Shown here: positions 1 to 13,967 of the stretch, piece by piece
How positions within the stretch are numbered: the first letter of the stretch is position 1
Layout of the letters: every line of letters begins with the position of its first letter
NCBI GenBank assembly: GCA_034717395.1
Contig: JAYELJ010000049.1
Span: 1 to 44,029, forward strand
Length of the DNA stretch: 44,029 bases
Reading direction: 5' to 3'
From: Patescibacteria group bacterium
GTDB taxonomy: Bacteria > Patescibacteriota > Gracilibacteria > JAYELJ01
Notes under the pieces: generated by a model
Database searches by the model: none
What the model saw: only the letters and a program-made list of their open reading frames with translations
Told to the model about the DNA's origin: nothing
Made by a program: the position numbers and the translations under genes

Positions 1-72
1 AGAACTTTCATTATTTGCAAAAAACATTCATATACTCGGATCTTACTAACTTATACTTTTATTTCAAATTCC

Positions 73-1188
73 ATGAAACATATCTTTCGCTTTATTCTCC
101 TATATCTATTTGTTTCTATCCCATCTGCACAAGCAGAGAGTTTTTTTGTAGATATCCCAGAAGATCATTGGGGTTATCCTTCTGCTCAATATGCTCAAGA
201 AAATAACTTTTTCAATATTGAAAACAAACAATTTCTTCCAACACAAGCTCTTACCCGTGGAGAAGTCGTTCAGATGATTCTTGTACAATCAGAAACAGAG
301 CTTATCACAACGATAGATACAACTTCTTCATTTTTAGATGTACAAACCGGGAGCTCTCTCTTTCCATATATCGAAACAGCCTATCAAAATGGTATCATCA
401 ATGGAGTTGGATCTGGAAGCTTTGCTCCTGATCAGCCAGTAACACGCGCACAATTCCTCAAAATCCTCTTTGAGACAAATCAAGATGTACCCCCAATAGA
501 CCTGATCAATAATTTTTCGGATATACAAGAGAGCCACTGGGCTATAGGCTATATTAGCTATGCAACCAACAAAAAGCTCGTATCTGGAATCAATGGAGAG
601 TTCAAACCAGATGAGCTAGTAACTCGCATACAAGGGGCAAAAATTCTATACCAATATGCTCACCCAGATAATAGCACGGATCAACCCAACACAAAACAAA
701 GCATACACAATACACAAGCATACGAAACTCTTCTGTGGTCTATGATCAATGCTTCTCGACAAGAAGAAGGAAAAGAAATATTAATACTAAACTCAGACCT
801 TTCAACAGCTGCCCGCCAACATGCACAATTTCTTGCAGAAAATAATTTAAGATCTAGCCATTGTGGCATTATCATCGAAGATAATCAAGAATGTCCTGAG
901 ACAGCTACTCCTTTTGCTCGTATTAGCGATGCGAATATTGAATATATATCTGCAGCAGAGAATATCTGATGGGCATCATCAAATACTCGATCAATCCTGG
1001 ATACTCTCTACCTTATCCACGCTGACAAAACATACGGAATGATTTCAGAACCAGAAAACGAAAACAATCATCGTGCCAATATCTTTGGAACATTCCACGA
1101 CTTCAATCAAATCGGTATAGGTATATACCTCAAAGAAACTGATGGGAAAAAAGAACTATTTATTGTGCAGAAATTTATCGAACAGTAA
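73..1188 (+). CDS. Secreted protein with three S-layer-homology (SLH) repeats and a C-terminal CAP/SCP (YkwD-like) domain
   Basis: Track ORF 73..969 has a signal-peptide-like N-terminus (MKHIFRFILLYLFVSIPSAQA) and three SLH-type repeats (F-x-D-[IV]..W....G..G.F.P...[LV]TR). It stops at TGA 967-969. The same frame stays open to TAA 1186-1188 and completes a CAP-like domain (AARQHAQFLAENN ... GWASSNTRS ... IGIGIY). Confidence 0.65.
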
Positions 1189-2548
1189 TAAAAAAACCGG
1201 TCTGGAATCGTGTTTCAATCATATCCCCATTTTGCAACACATAGGAGTCTTTTTGTTTTTTCTTATTGATTTTTGGTTGAGCAAGCTTCCTGTAACTATA
1301 TGGATACTGCTTTTTTAAAAAATCTCCTAATACCATCCCATTATCTACTGACACTATTTTCTTTTTATTAAGTGTTACAAAAATAGTGTTTTCAAATACC
1401 GTATCAATATGAGACGACTTTCCATATTGAATATCCTGCAATGTATTATTCAAAGACTCATGTAATTTCCTTTGTTGATCTGTCATTCTCTGTGATTTCT
1501 TAAAGTTCGAGTAGATAAAATGAGCCGCTTGACCTACAGAAGCCTCTCTATCCATCTCTTCTGTTCGTACCTGAACTTCTACCTTATGAATATCATCAAT
1601 TGTAAGAGTTGTATGAATAGAACGGTATCCATTCGATTTCGGGACAGCAATATAATCCTTAATACGTGATACATCTGGTTGAAAATGAGAATGCAGCAAA
1701 GTAAGCACTTTATAACAATCGAGTTCTGTTTGTGTAATAATACGAATAGCAAATAAATCATACACCTGATCGATAGATAACCCTTTAAGTATCATCTTCT
1801 TGTACAAACTATATATATGTTTGGTCCGAGAAGTTACCGTATACGATATACCAATAGTATCAAGTTGATGTTTTATATCTTCTTCAAATGTATGAAGAAA
1901 TTGTTCACTCAATTCTTTTTCTTCATACAATAAACTTTGTACTCTCTGATACTGATCCGGATACATCATTTCAAAAGCAATATCTTCCATTTTTTCTTTT
2001 ATCTGCCAAAGTCCCATCTGCGCTGCTATAGGAGCATAAATATACAATATCTCTTTGAGCACAGAGTCAGAAATATCATATAAGGACTCTTTGTAGAGTA
2101 GTAAACGAGTATAGATATCTAATATATATATATACATAGCTCTCAGATCATGAGATGCAATGAGAAACATAGAACGAAGTGATTCTAGATTCATCTTTTG
2201 CAAATTCATATCAAAATGAAACTGATCCAATTCATATATATCATATACCAATGTTTCCACCTCTTCTCACACTAACAATTGAACTTCTTTTCTATCTGTA
2301 GCGTTATGATAATATATTGGATACAACATCGCTGCTATGATCGTATTGTAATCTGCTTCAAATTCTACTAGTATAGAAATAAAGCGATAACAATGTTTTT
2401 TATATAACTCTAAATCGACCCCTCGGTTATACGATGGATTATATTTTGTAAAAAGGTACTTCATTGATGTATAAAACAACCGAGAAGTCTTTTCTTCTGG
2501 ATAAGTCTCTTCAATACGATATAAAAGAGTATCAAATAGCTCTGCCAT
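1175..2548 (-). CDS. RelA/SpoT-homologue (p)ppGpp synthetase with a degenerate N-terminal HD region and a TGS-like C-terminus
   Basis: Track ORFs 2267..2698 and 1175..2260 share a frame and are joined by TGA 2267-2269. Synthetase motifs are YAPIAAQMGLWQIKEKMEDIAF, FAIRIIT, GYRSIHTTL and VEVQVRTEEMDREA..GQAAHFIY. Start set at ATG 2546-2548 (MAELFDTLL). Stop is TAA 1175-1177. Confidence 0.75.
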
Positions 2549-2581
2549 GAATAAAATAACAATATAAATTCTGTATCTATT

Positions 2582-3712
2582 TTGACAACCACTCCTCCCA
2601 AAACATATCGTCTTTTGTTTAACGGATTTTTCCTCAGCAAACCATATACAGGAATAGGATATCATACTCAATATATGCTTCTCTCTCTTGCAAAACAAGA
2701 GTATTATACAAAAATACTATGTCTAGTCCCTCATAACTGTACTGTACCCCAATCCCTGCAGGATATAGATACAATACAGTACATAAAAATCCCACTACTT
2801 GGAAATAACTGGATATCTAAATTCTTCTGGGAACAAATATTTGGAGCTTTATATAGCCTTTTTCATTATAAATCACCAATATACAACCCCTATCCCTGTG
2901 CATTTTGGAGCAAGAGAAAAAACAAACAAATAGCCTGTGTTCACGATATTATCCCCTATGTACACAAAGAATACCAATCATCAACCCTCACAAAACTCCG
3001 TCTCCTATATGAAAAATGGATATGTGTATCTTTTGCTCAAATAGTGAGTGTATCACAATATTCTGCAAACCAAATCAAACACATGTGGAATACTTCCAGT
3101 ATCCCCGTGATATATAATGGGTACCCAGAAAACAATTCTCATATAACAGAAAACATATTCCCCGATATTTCTCAGAAACCTACTATAAAAGCCCTCTACT
3201 TTTGAGGGTATGATACAAGAAAAAATATTGAATATATGATCCAGTCGCTTATATATTTTAATACTGACAACTCTCAAGATATAGAATTGTCTCTTGTAGG
3301 AAAACCCCTCTTTACAAATAATCTGTACCAATCTCTCGACAGTATTCATCCTGGAAAGAATCTCACCATACATAAGCTATGACACCTTTCTGAACACGAG
3401 TTATCCAATACTATTCAAGAGCATGATATGGTTATTAGCCTCTCTTCAGAAGAAGGATTTAACCTCCCTCTTCTCCAGGGTATTATGAATAAAAAAATCA
3501 TCATTGCTTCTAATATTCCAATACACCAAGAAATCTATCCATACATCCCTCTTGTTTCTCTCACATCACCACAAAAAGCCTCACAAGATATCCTGAAAAA
3601 CATTCTAGAATGAACAACACAATATGAGAAACTCTTTCAGTATTGCCAACACAAATACAACTGGGAACAAATTAGTCGTACAATAATAACAATTTTATCA
3701 CCTTCCCGATAA
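2582..3712 (+). CDS. Family GT4/GT1 glycosyltransferase
   Basis: Track ORFs 2582..3205 and 3428..3613 are in the same frame. In-frame TGAs lie at 3203-3205 (YF-G-GYDTRKNI), 3380-3382 (KL-G-HLSEHEL) and 3611-3613. A GT1 C-terminal motif is present (SSEEGFNLPLLQGIMNKKIIIAS). Stop is TAA 3710-3712. The TTG start at 2582 is uncertain. Confidence 0.7.
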
Positions 3713-3721
3713 TCCAAACCT

Positions 3722-3937
3722 ATGAATATTTTCCTATGGCTTATCTACATAACATCTATCTTATTTCTATTTATAGCCCTAAAAAGGAGTTTTGTATTAT
3801 TCCAAAATCTTAGTCTATACAAATGGAGTAAACCAGAAAGAAGAAAAGTGCAACTCAATATTGTACGAATACTCTATGTTATGATTGTGTTATCCGTACA
3901 AGTCTTCCTATTTTTCATCTATTCTCAATTATTTTAA
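3722..3937 (+). CDS. Small membrane protein with two predicted TM helices
   Basis: Track ORF with two hydrophobic stretches and a TAA stop. It sits tightly upstream of the next gene (ATG at 3940). No recognisable family. Confidence 0.4.
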   Translation: MNIFLWLIYITSILFLFIALKRSFVLFQNLSLYKWSKPERRKVQLNIVRILYVMIVLSVQVFLFFIYSQLF

Positions 3938-3939
3938 AC

Positions 3940-4452
3940 ATGTTCTCTCTCCTTGAAAATGAACATATCCATTACTTTACCAATAAACATCCTATATTAC
4001 TTATAGGGATCGTTCTTTTGCGAAGTATCAAAATTTTAATTCTCACCTGAGTATTTGTTCTATTTATACAATACATACCTACTTTCTCATTAGATAGAGA
4101 AGTGATACAATGAATATTTATCTGATTTTCTGCTATGATTCTATTTAATACACATAAATTATTCTTAGAGGTCTTTGAATACTTCTGACGAGGGGTGGTA
4201 GTATGCGATTCTCATGTAATTATCTTGCACAAAAGTTTATTCAGGGAAAACAAACAAGACATGATAGATATACTAAAAATCCAAGATATAAAAATCAATC
4301 AGCATGGAATCATCCAAGCTATCCTCAACTATGGTATTGTCAGCTTCATCCTCACATCAGGAGAAGTCAGTAAAGTTGCGCGATTTGTTCCTGATCCATA
4401 TCACCTTGTAGAACATATTCATCGGATAAAATTACAAAAAGAAACATGATAA
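3940..4452 (+). CDS. Membrane protein with a bacterial PH (bPH/YdbS-YdbT-like) domain
   Basis: The frame from ATG 3940 stays open through 5 in-frame TGAs into track ORF 4195..4449. The track stop TGA 4447-4449 is followed directly by TAA 4450-4452, which is the real stop. The N-terminus has TM helices. The C-terminus (IQDIKINQHGIIQAILNYGIVSFILTSGE) resembles bPH_2. Confidence 0.5.
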
Positions 4453-4472
4453 AAACATGTTTCTTTTTTTTT
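4436..4472 (+). terminator. Rho-independent terminator after the bPH gene
   Basis: Stem aaagaaacatg / catgtttcttt is followed by a T-run (ttttttttt). It overlaps the stop codon. Confidence 0.55.
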
Positions 4473-4539
4473 GCAACAACTTATGATAATCTAACTATAT
4501 AATCAGCATGAAAAAAACACAAAAATATGATATAATAAT

Positions 4540-6975
4540 ATGAAAAAATATTTCAAAACAAAAATAAAAATTCTGAAAAAAATACTCCAATACATATTGG
4601 TAGTGACCTTGGTAATCACTAATATACATATTCCGATAGAATACGGATATGCGAATGAAGCAGAGTTTCTTTCTATAACAACCAATGAAGATTCATATTT
4701 AGTGAATGAAAGCATACAGTACGATCTTGAATTTAAGACACCACAAGATATTTATGGAATCGAATTTACTATTCCCTATAACGCTGCTCTTCAGTACCCT
4801 TCTGACATATCTCCGGAAAACTCAATAGGAGACTACAGCATCATACAAAACGAACAAACCAAGAGAAAAGTTCTGTGGGATGAAACCCCATACGGAAAAC
4901 ACTTTACAGTCATTCAGAATAAAAATTATGGTTTCTTTTCTAAAGACTCTCCAATCATTTCATTCCATATCAATCCTTTATTAGCAGGGAACCAAACCTT
5001 CTCCCTTACAGATGTTTCTTTTATCAATAGCTCGATTGAAATTCAGAACCACAATGATATTAGCAAAAGCATACAAATCTCATTACCTGATATCAATGGT
5101 TTCAAATATGAGAGTATCGATGATAGTAGTATTAAAATATCTTGGGACGAAATAGAAAACACCTTGCTCGATTATTATATTATCTATAAAAAGGCCCAAG
5201 GTGATACGAGTTTCAGCGAATACAAAAAAGTAAATAATAATTATTTCTATGAAGATATCTTAGAGAAAAACAATACCGAATATAAAGTCATAGGAAGTTC
5301 TAATAATATCAGAAGCTCATTAAACTCTGCACCATCCCTACTGTTTTCTCATAATGATACTAACGCTCCAACTACAGTAAGCTACATTATAACTACCGAA
5401 TCGAATGAAGGAATTCATCTTCTCTGGCCAATGAATCCTGAAAAAGATATTCTTCATTACAATATTTGGAAACAGAGTCCAAACGAAGAATTTATCAACA
5501 TAGGTCAATCACAAAGCAATAGTTTTCTTGATACAGATGTTCAATACCAACAAACATATCAATACTTTATTACTGTTCAAGATAACAACCAAAATATTTC
5601 AAGTGATTCAGAAATTATCTCCATCACCTATTCTATAGAAAAAGAAACAAGTATTCCTATATCAGATAATTGTTCTGAGAATATGTATTTCAACTGAGAG
5701 ACTGAATCATGTGAACAGATTTCGGATTATCCTGAAAATATTATTTTCCTAGATGCTGATAATGATAATATGGATGATAGTTGGGAAACAAAGCACTGAT
5801 TAGACCCAACAGACCCAAATGATGCATACCAAGATCCAGATAAAGATCTTTTGCCAAATATACAAGAATTTAAATATCAAACAAAACCTCGATTAGCAGA
5901 CAGTGATAAAGATGGATTTTCTGATAATATGGAGGTTCTCGAATGATCTGATCCAAATGATCTATATAGCTATCCAACAGACAATAATATAAATGGCTTA
6001 CCAGATGGATTTGAAAACACGCTTATCAAACAAAACCTTATTGCTCAAGACCAAGAAGTAGAAAGATTACGATCTCTTGATACGGATGGTGATGGATTAA
6101 GTGATGAAAAAGAATTATTACTGGGTACTGACCCTGAAAACCCAGATACCGATGGAGATGGACTCAATGATTGATCAGAGATCCTTGAATATCAAACAGA
6201 TCCTCTTTCCTGGGACGATATCGATCTTCTCCTTCAAAATATCGAACACCCGATTATTACAAATATATGAAAACATAATATTACTACAGATAACCAGCCA
6301 GTAATTAAAGGATTCTATAAACCTGAAGCTACACTCCAATTCTTTGCTCAATATCGCAATACTATCGAAAAGATTGCGCTTGGAGAAGTAACTATAGAAG
6401 AAGATGGTATATTCTTCCTCAAATCAAACACAGAACTCTCCGATGGTGAAATTCATATAATTATGTATGAAGACCTTACTCAATCAGAAACAAAACATAC
6501 AGGAATATTAGAAATCAATAGCAGCTTATCTGTATCAGCCCCTCAAATACTACTATTTGAGGGAAGAAAAATTGATATACATAGTACAGACATCATCACA
6601 ACAACGAACCAACAACCAAAAGTATACGGAAACAGTTATTATGGAAGTGATATTCGTGCTACTTGGCAGAGTCTTATTACAAGCTCCAGTCTTATATCAG
6701 ATACCAATAGTGGATGATTTGAAATTAAACCACCAAAAAAATTAGAAGCAGGAGAAGAACATACACTATCAATCTATAGTATCACACCAGATTGAGTACA
6801 AAGCAAAACAATTCAATTACAATTCTTCATAACAAATACAGATAACTATCTATCAACAAATAGTCTTAAAATAAGCATGCAGAGCACCCCTCTGATATTA
6901 TTTGAACTCTTTTTAATTTTAATTAGCTGATTTCTCTTCTTCTTTCTTATTGTAAAGCGAAAAGAAAATACTTAA
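4540..6975 (+). CDS. Large cell-surface protein: N-terminal signal/anchor, cohesin-like domain, FN3-like domains, thrombospondin type-3 (Ca-binding) repeats, C-terminal TM anchor
   Basis: Track ORFs 4540..5697 and 6463..6717 are in the same frame. About 8 in-frame TGAs are present, for example 5797-5799 in H-G-LDPTDPND. Repeats follow the pattern D-x-D-x-D-G-x-x-D...GTDP ([34 protein letters not shown]). The C-terminus is hydrophobic and followed by KRKENT. Stop is TAA 6973-6975. Confidence 0.75.
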
Positions 6976-7003
6976 ACTAATTATACATACTTTCTTCTAT
7001 TCT

Positions 7004-7480
7004 ATGAATAAACAACAATCATCACACATATCGATAGAGTCATTATTTCACTATCAAGCCAAGGATTATCTATCTCATCATATGAATGAAATTATTCTAT
7101 GATCTGTAGAAACTATGCTGTGACAATATGATGTCGATAATAAAACCATATACTGATTAAAAACAGTACTCGATGAGCTCTGTAATAATGCATCAGAACA
7201 TGGTTCAGAACCATCCTCTTTTGTTCAATGTAAAATAGGTATTAAGAATAATGTCTTCTATATTACTATTGAAGATCCCGGTGATGGAAAACCAGAATTA
7301 ACACCAAGACAATTGCGTAATTTTATCATTCACAAAAACAAAGATATCCTGAAACATGAATGAAAAAGAGGTCGTGGCCTTACATTCATTGTTAACAAAT
7401 TAGCCGATAGTCTTCATATAACAAAGAGTTCGAAATGAGGTATTAAAATATCTTTTACAAAGAATCTTTTTTCTTCTTAA
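7004..7480 (+). CDS. Anti-sigma-factor-type serine kinase (HATPase_c_2; RsbW/SpoIIAB-like)
   Basis: This gene is absent from the track because it contains 5 in-frame TGAs. The frame is open from ATG 7004 to TAA 7478-7480. N-box, G1 and G2-like motifs are present (ELCNNASEHG, IEDPGDG, GKRGRGLTFI). Confidence 0.6.
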
Positions 7481-7501
7481 TATATAAAATTTCTATTTAC
7501 T

Positions 7502-7867
7502 ATGTCTTCTATAGATATTCAGTTTCAAACAATTGAGAACAAAACAACTCCTACTTATATTATTACTCTTGTGGGGAAATTTGATGAAACAAACATCAGT
7601 GTAAAAGCTCCAGAGATTGATAACTTTATCAGTGAAAATGTCACTGCTGGATCAGCAGTTATATTTGATGTGACAGACCTTTCTTATATAAATAGTAAAG
7701 GTATTGGTTCTTTTTCCGAATGGTATATGACATTGGAATCTCAAAATACTCGTATGATTATCAGCGGTATGTCTGAAGAAATGCGTACTATTTTTGATAT
7801 TGTGTCACTTCTTGATATATTTGAAACATATGACAATAATAATCTTGCTCTCGACTCTATTTCATAA
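7502..7867 (+). CDS. STAS-domain anti-sigma-factor antagonist (RsbV/SpoIIAA-like)
   Basis: Track ORF with a STAS signature (FDVTDLSYINSKGIGSF) that includes the phosphorylatable Ser position. It lies directly downstream of the kinase. Stop is TAA. Confidence 0.7.
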   Translation: MSSIDIQFQTIENKTTPTYIITLVGKFDETNISVKAPEIDNFISENVTAGSAVIFDVTDLSYINSKGIGSFSEWYMTLESQNTRMIISGMSEEMRTIFDIVSLLDIFETYDNNNLALDSIS

Positions 7868-7884
7868 TAATTCAAGCTCCTTCT

Positions 7885-8172
7885 ATGATTCTTGAATATA
7901 TAATTATTAGCCTTCAGATATTCTTTGAACTTCTTTCATTGAGTATATTCCTATATGTAATCCTCAGTTGGTTTGTTTCTCCTTCTCAGTTTAATAAAAC
8001 TATTTTCCTAAGATATATTAGCAAAATATTTAACACTGTCATACAGCCAATCAGACACATAAGCCCTCGTATATGAGTTCTTGATTTGTCCCCTATTATT
8101 GCTATTGTACTTATAGAAATTGTTAAAGTAATCACTATATCCACCTTGTCTCAAATTATGATAGTTCTCTAA
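7885..8172 (+). CDS. YggT-family membrane protein
   Basis: Track ORF 7885..8076 stops at TGA 8074-8076. Read-through gives P-R-I-G-VLDLSPIIA, which matches the YggT G-x-[IL]-D-x-SP motif. Stop is TAA 8170-8172. Confidence 0.65.
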
Positions 8173-8186
8173 TACAAGAAGAAAAA

Positions 8187-8213
8187 ACATCCAAACTAAT
8201 TCTGGATGTTTTT
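8187..8213 (+). terminator. Rho-independent terminator after yggT
   Basis: Stem acatcca / tggatgt is followed by ttttt. Confidence 0.5.
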
Positions 8214-8250
8214 AATTATATTATTTCTCCACACAGGATAACAAACAACA

Positions 8251-8290
8251 AAACCCCCACATAATCCTAAGATTATGTGGGGGTTTCTCT
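8251..8290 (-). terminator. Strong hairpin terminator downstream of 5S rRNA (possibly bidirectional)
   Basis: A 13-bp perfect stem (cccccacataatc / gattatgtggggg) has a 4-nt loop. On the minus strand it is followed by ttttgttgttt. Confidence 0.6.
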
Positions 8291-8352
8291 ATCTTTTTAT
8301 ACTATACAAAGAAAACACCTTGTAATAATATAAATAAAAAAAGAAGAACAAA

Positions 8353-8470
<118 letters not shown>

Positions 8471-8514
8471 ATTACCCTCCTTTTTCTATATATATATAAT
8501 ATAGGGACAGTATA

Positions 8515-8590
8515 CAATAATTTATATTCAATATATGAGATGCATATCTATATCTTACCAGTAAATACTAGTTGATACAAGCAAACTAAA
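8515..8590 (-). other. 3' half of the long processing stem bracketing 23S rRNA
   Basis: This segment is reverse-complementary in blocks to 11574..11660. The shared blocks are attttttagttt, tatcaactagta, atgcatc and gaatataaattattg. Confidence 0.6.
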
Positions 8591-8591
8591 A

Positions 8592-11573
<2,982 letters not shown>

Positions 11574-11576
<3 letters not shown>

Positions 11577-11660
11577 TTTTAGTTTTAAATACTTATATCA
11601 ACTAGTAATTACTAGAGATACAGAAGATGCATCATCATATTCAGTGAATATAAATTATTG
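11574..11660 (-). other. 5' half of the 23S processing stem
   Basis: Pairs with 8515..8590 (see that entry). Confidence 0.6.
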
Positions 11661-11723
11661 CATTCTCTTTGTGATAAATACCACAAAGCCCTATATGTTA
11701 AAGATCAATTCGAAACACTTTTT

Positions 11724-11800
11724 TGGTGGAGCATAACGGATTCGAACCGTTGACCTCCTGCGTGCAAGGCAGGCGCTCTAGCCAACTGAGCTAATGCCCC
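11724..11800 (-). tRNA. tRNA-Ala (anticodon UGC), CCA encoded
   Basis: The reverse complement is ggggcattagctcagttggctagagcgcctgccttgcacgcaggaggtcaacggttcgaatccgttatgctccacca. It folds as a cloverleaf, carries the G3:U70 pair and has anticodon loop cttgcac. Confidence 0.95.
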
Positions 11801-11821
11801 AAATCCATTCTATTTTTCAAC

Positions 11822-11898
11822 TGGTGGGCGTACCTGGATTTGAACCAGGGACCTCATGATTATCAGTCATGCGCTCTAACCAGCTGAGCTATACGCCC
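11822..11898 (-). tRNA. tRNA-Ile (anticodon GAU), CCA encoded
   Basis: The reverse complement is gggcgtatagctcagctggttagagcgcatgactgataatcatgaggtccctggttcaaatccaggtacgcccacca. The anticodon loop is ctgataa. Confidence 0.95.
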
Positions 11899-11949
11899 AA
11901 ATCTATACAAACATAAATTTGTTAACAGCAATTTTTCAGATTTAACATC

Positions 11950-11968
11950 TGAAGTGTAATAGAGAAGT
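11950..11968 (-). other. 3' half of the 16S processing stem
   Basis: tgaagtgtaatagagaagt is the perfect reverse complement of 13631..13649. The pair brackets the 16S gene. Confidence 0.65.
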
Positions 11969-12058
11969 ACAACCAATAATAATCTCAATACATACCTATT
12001 ATAAATAATAAGTATGCTCAACCTAACTAAACATATAAATATGCTAGCTACTCCTTTG

Positions 12059-13570
<1,512 letters not shown>

Positions 13571-13630
13571 TTTGTGACTCTTAAATATCTTTTTTGTAAT
13601 ATCACAAGATAACAAAAAAGGAATTGATTG

Positions 13631-13649
13631 ACTTCTCTATTACACTTCA
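13631..13649 (-). other. 5' half of the 16S processing stem
   Basis: acttctctattacacttca pairs with 11950..11968 as a 19-bp perfect stem. Confidence 0.65.
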
Positions 13650-13733
13650 AACGTCAAAAACATTTTACTGGATTTAAACTATTTAAAAGTGTCCGAAAAT
13701 TTGAAAGAACAATTTGCTTTTGATTGCTTGAGT

Positions 13734-13761
13734 ATTCTATAGATATTTTTACAAAAGTCAA
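13734..13761 (-). promoter_or_regulatory. rRNA operon promoter P2 (proximal)
   Basis: On the minus strand the site reads TTGACT, a 16-nt spacer, then TAGAAT. It is preceded by an A-rich tract (gataaaaagttacaaaaag). Confidence 0.5.
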
Positions 13762-13827
13762 AACTTTTTGTAACTTTTTATCAGGCGAACATTTCTTAGA
13801 ATCATCTGCAATTTCAAGTGCCCAGGT

Positions 13828-13856
13828 ATTCTATTAAATTTCCCTACAGATGTCAA
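13828..13856 (-). promoter_or_regulatory. rRNA operon promoter P1 (distal)
   Basis: On the minus strand the site reads TTGACA, a 17-nt spacer, then TAGAAT. It is preceded by gataaaaagatggtaaaaag. It shares the aaaaagttttgac...tagaatac framework with P2. Confidence 0.55.
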
Positions 13857-13901
13857 AACTTTTTACCATCTTTTTATCAATAGGCTTACTGATGCAATTA
13901 T

Positions 13902-13930
13902 TTGAAAATTACTGATAATTTTGTTATAAT
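13902..13930 (+). promoter_or_regulatory. Promoter of the VirD4-like ATPase gene
   Basis: TTGAAA, a 17-nt spacer, then TATAAT. It lies about 38 nt upstream of ATG 13968 and is divergent from the rRNA promoters. Confidence 0.5.
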
Positions 13931-13967
13931 CAAAGTACTCACTTACCTTAACAAAAAACTCTAAATT

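Noticed and set aside
2549-2698. The longer N-terminus (MFCKREKH...) of the Rel homologue given by the track
   Set aside because: It would overlap the divergent glycosyltransferase start and upstream region. It adds unfamiliar sequence. The internal ATG at 2546-2548 gives a sensible N-terminus. The start remains uncertain.
13652-13657. A third GTCAAAA/TTGACG motif as a third rRNA promoter
   Set aside because: No -10 element lies at an appropriate spacing. The motif lies immediately upstream of, and abutting, the 16S processing-stem arm (13631..13649) on the transcript.
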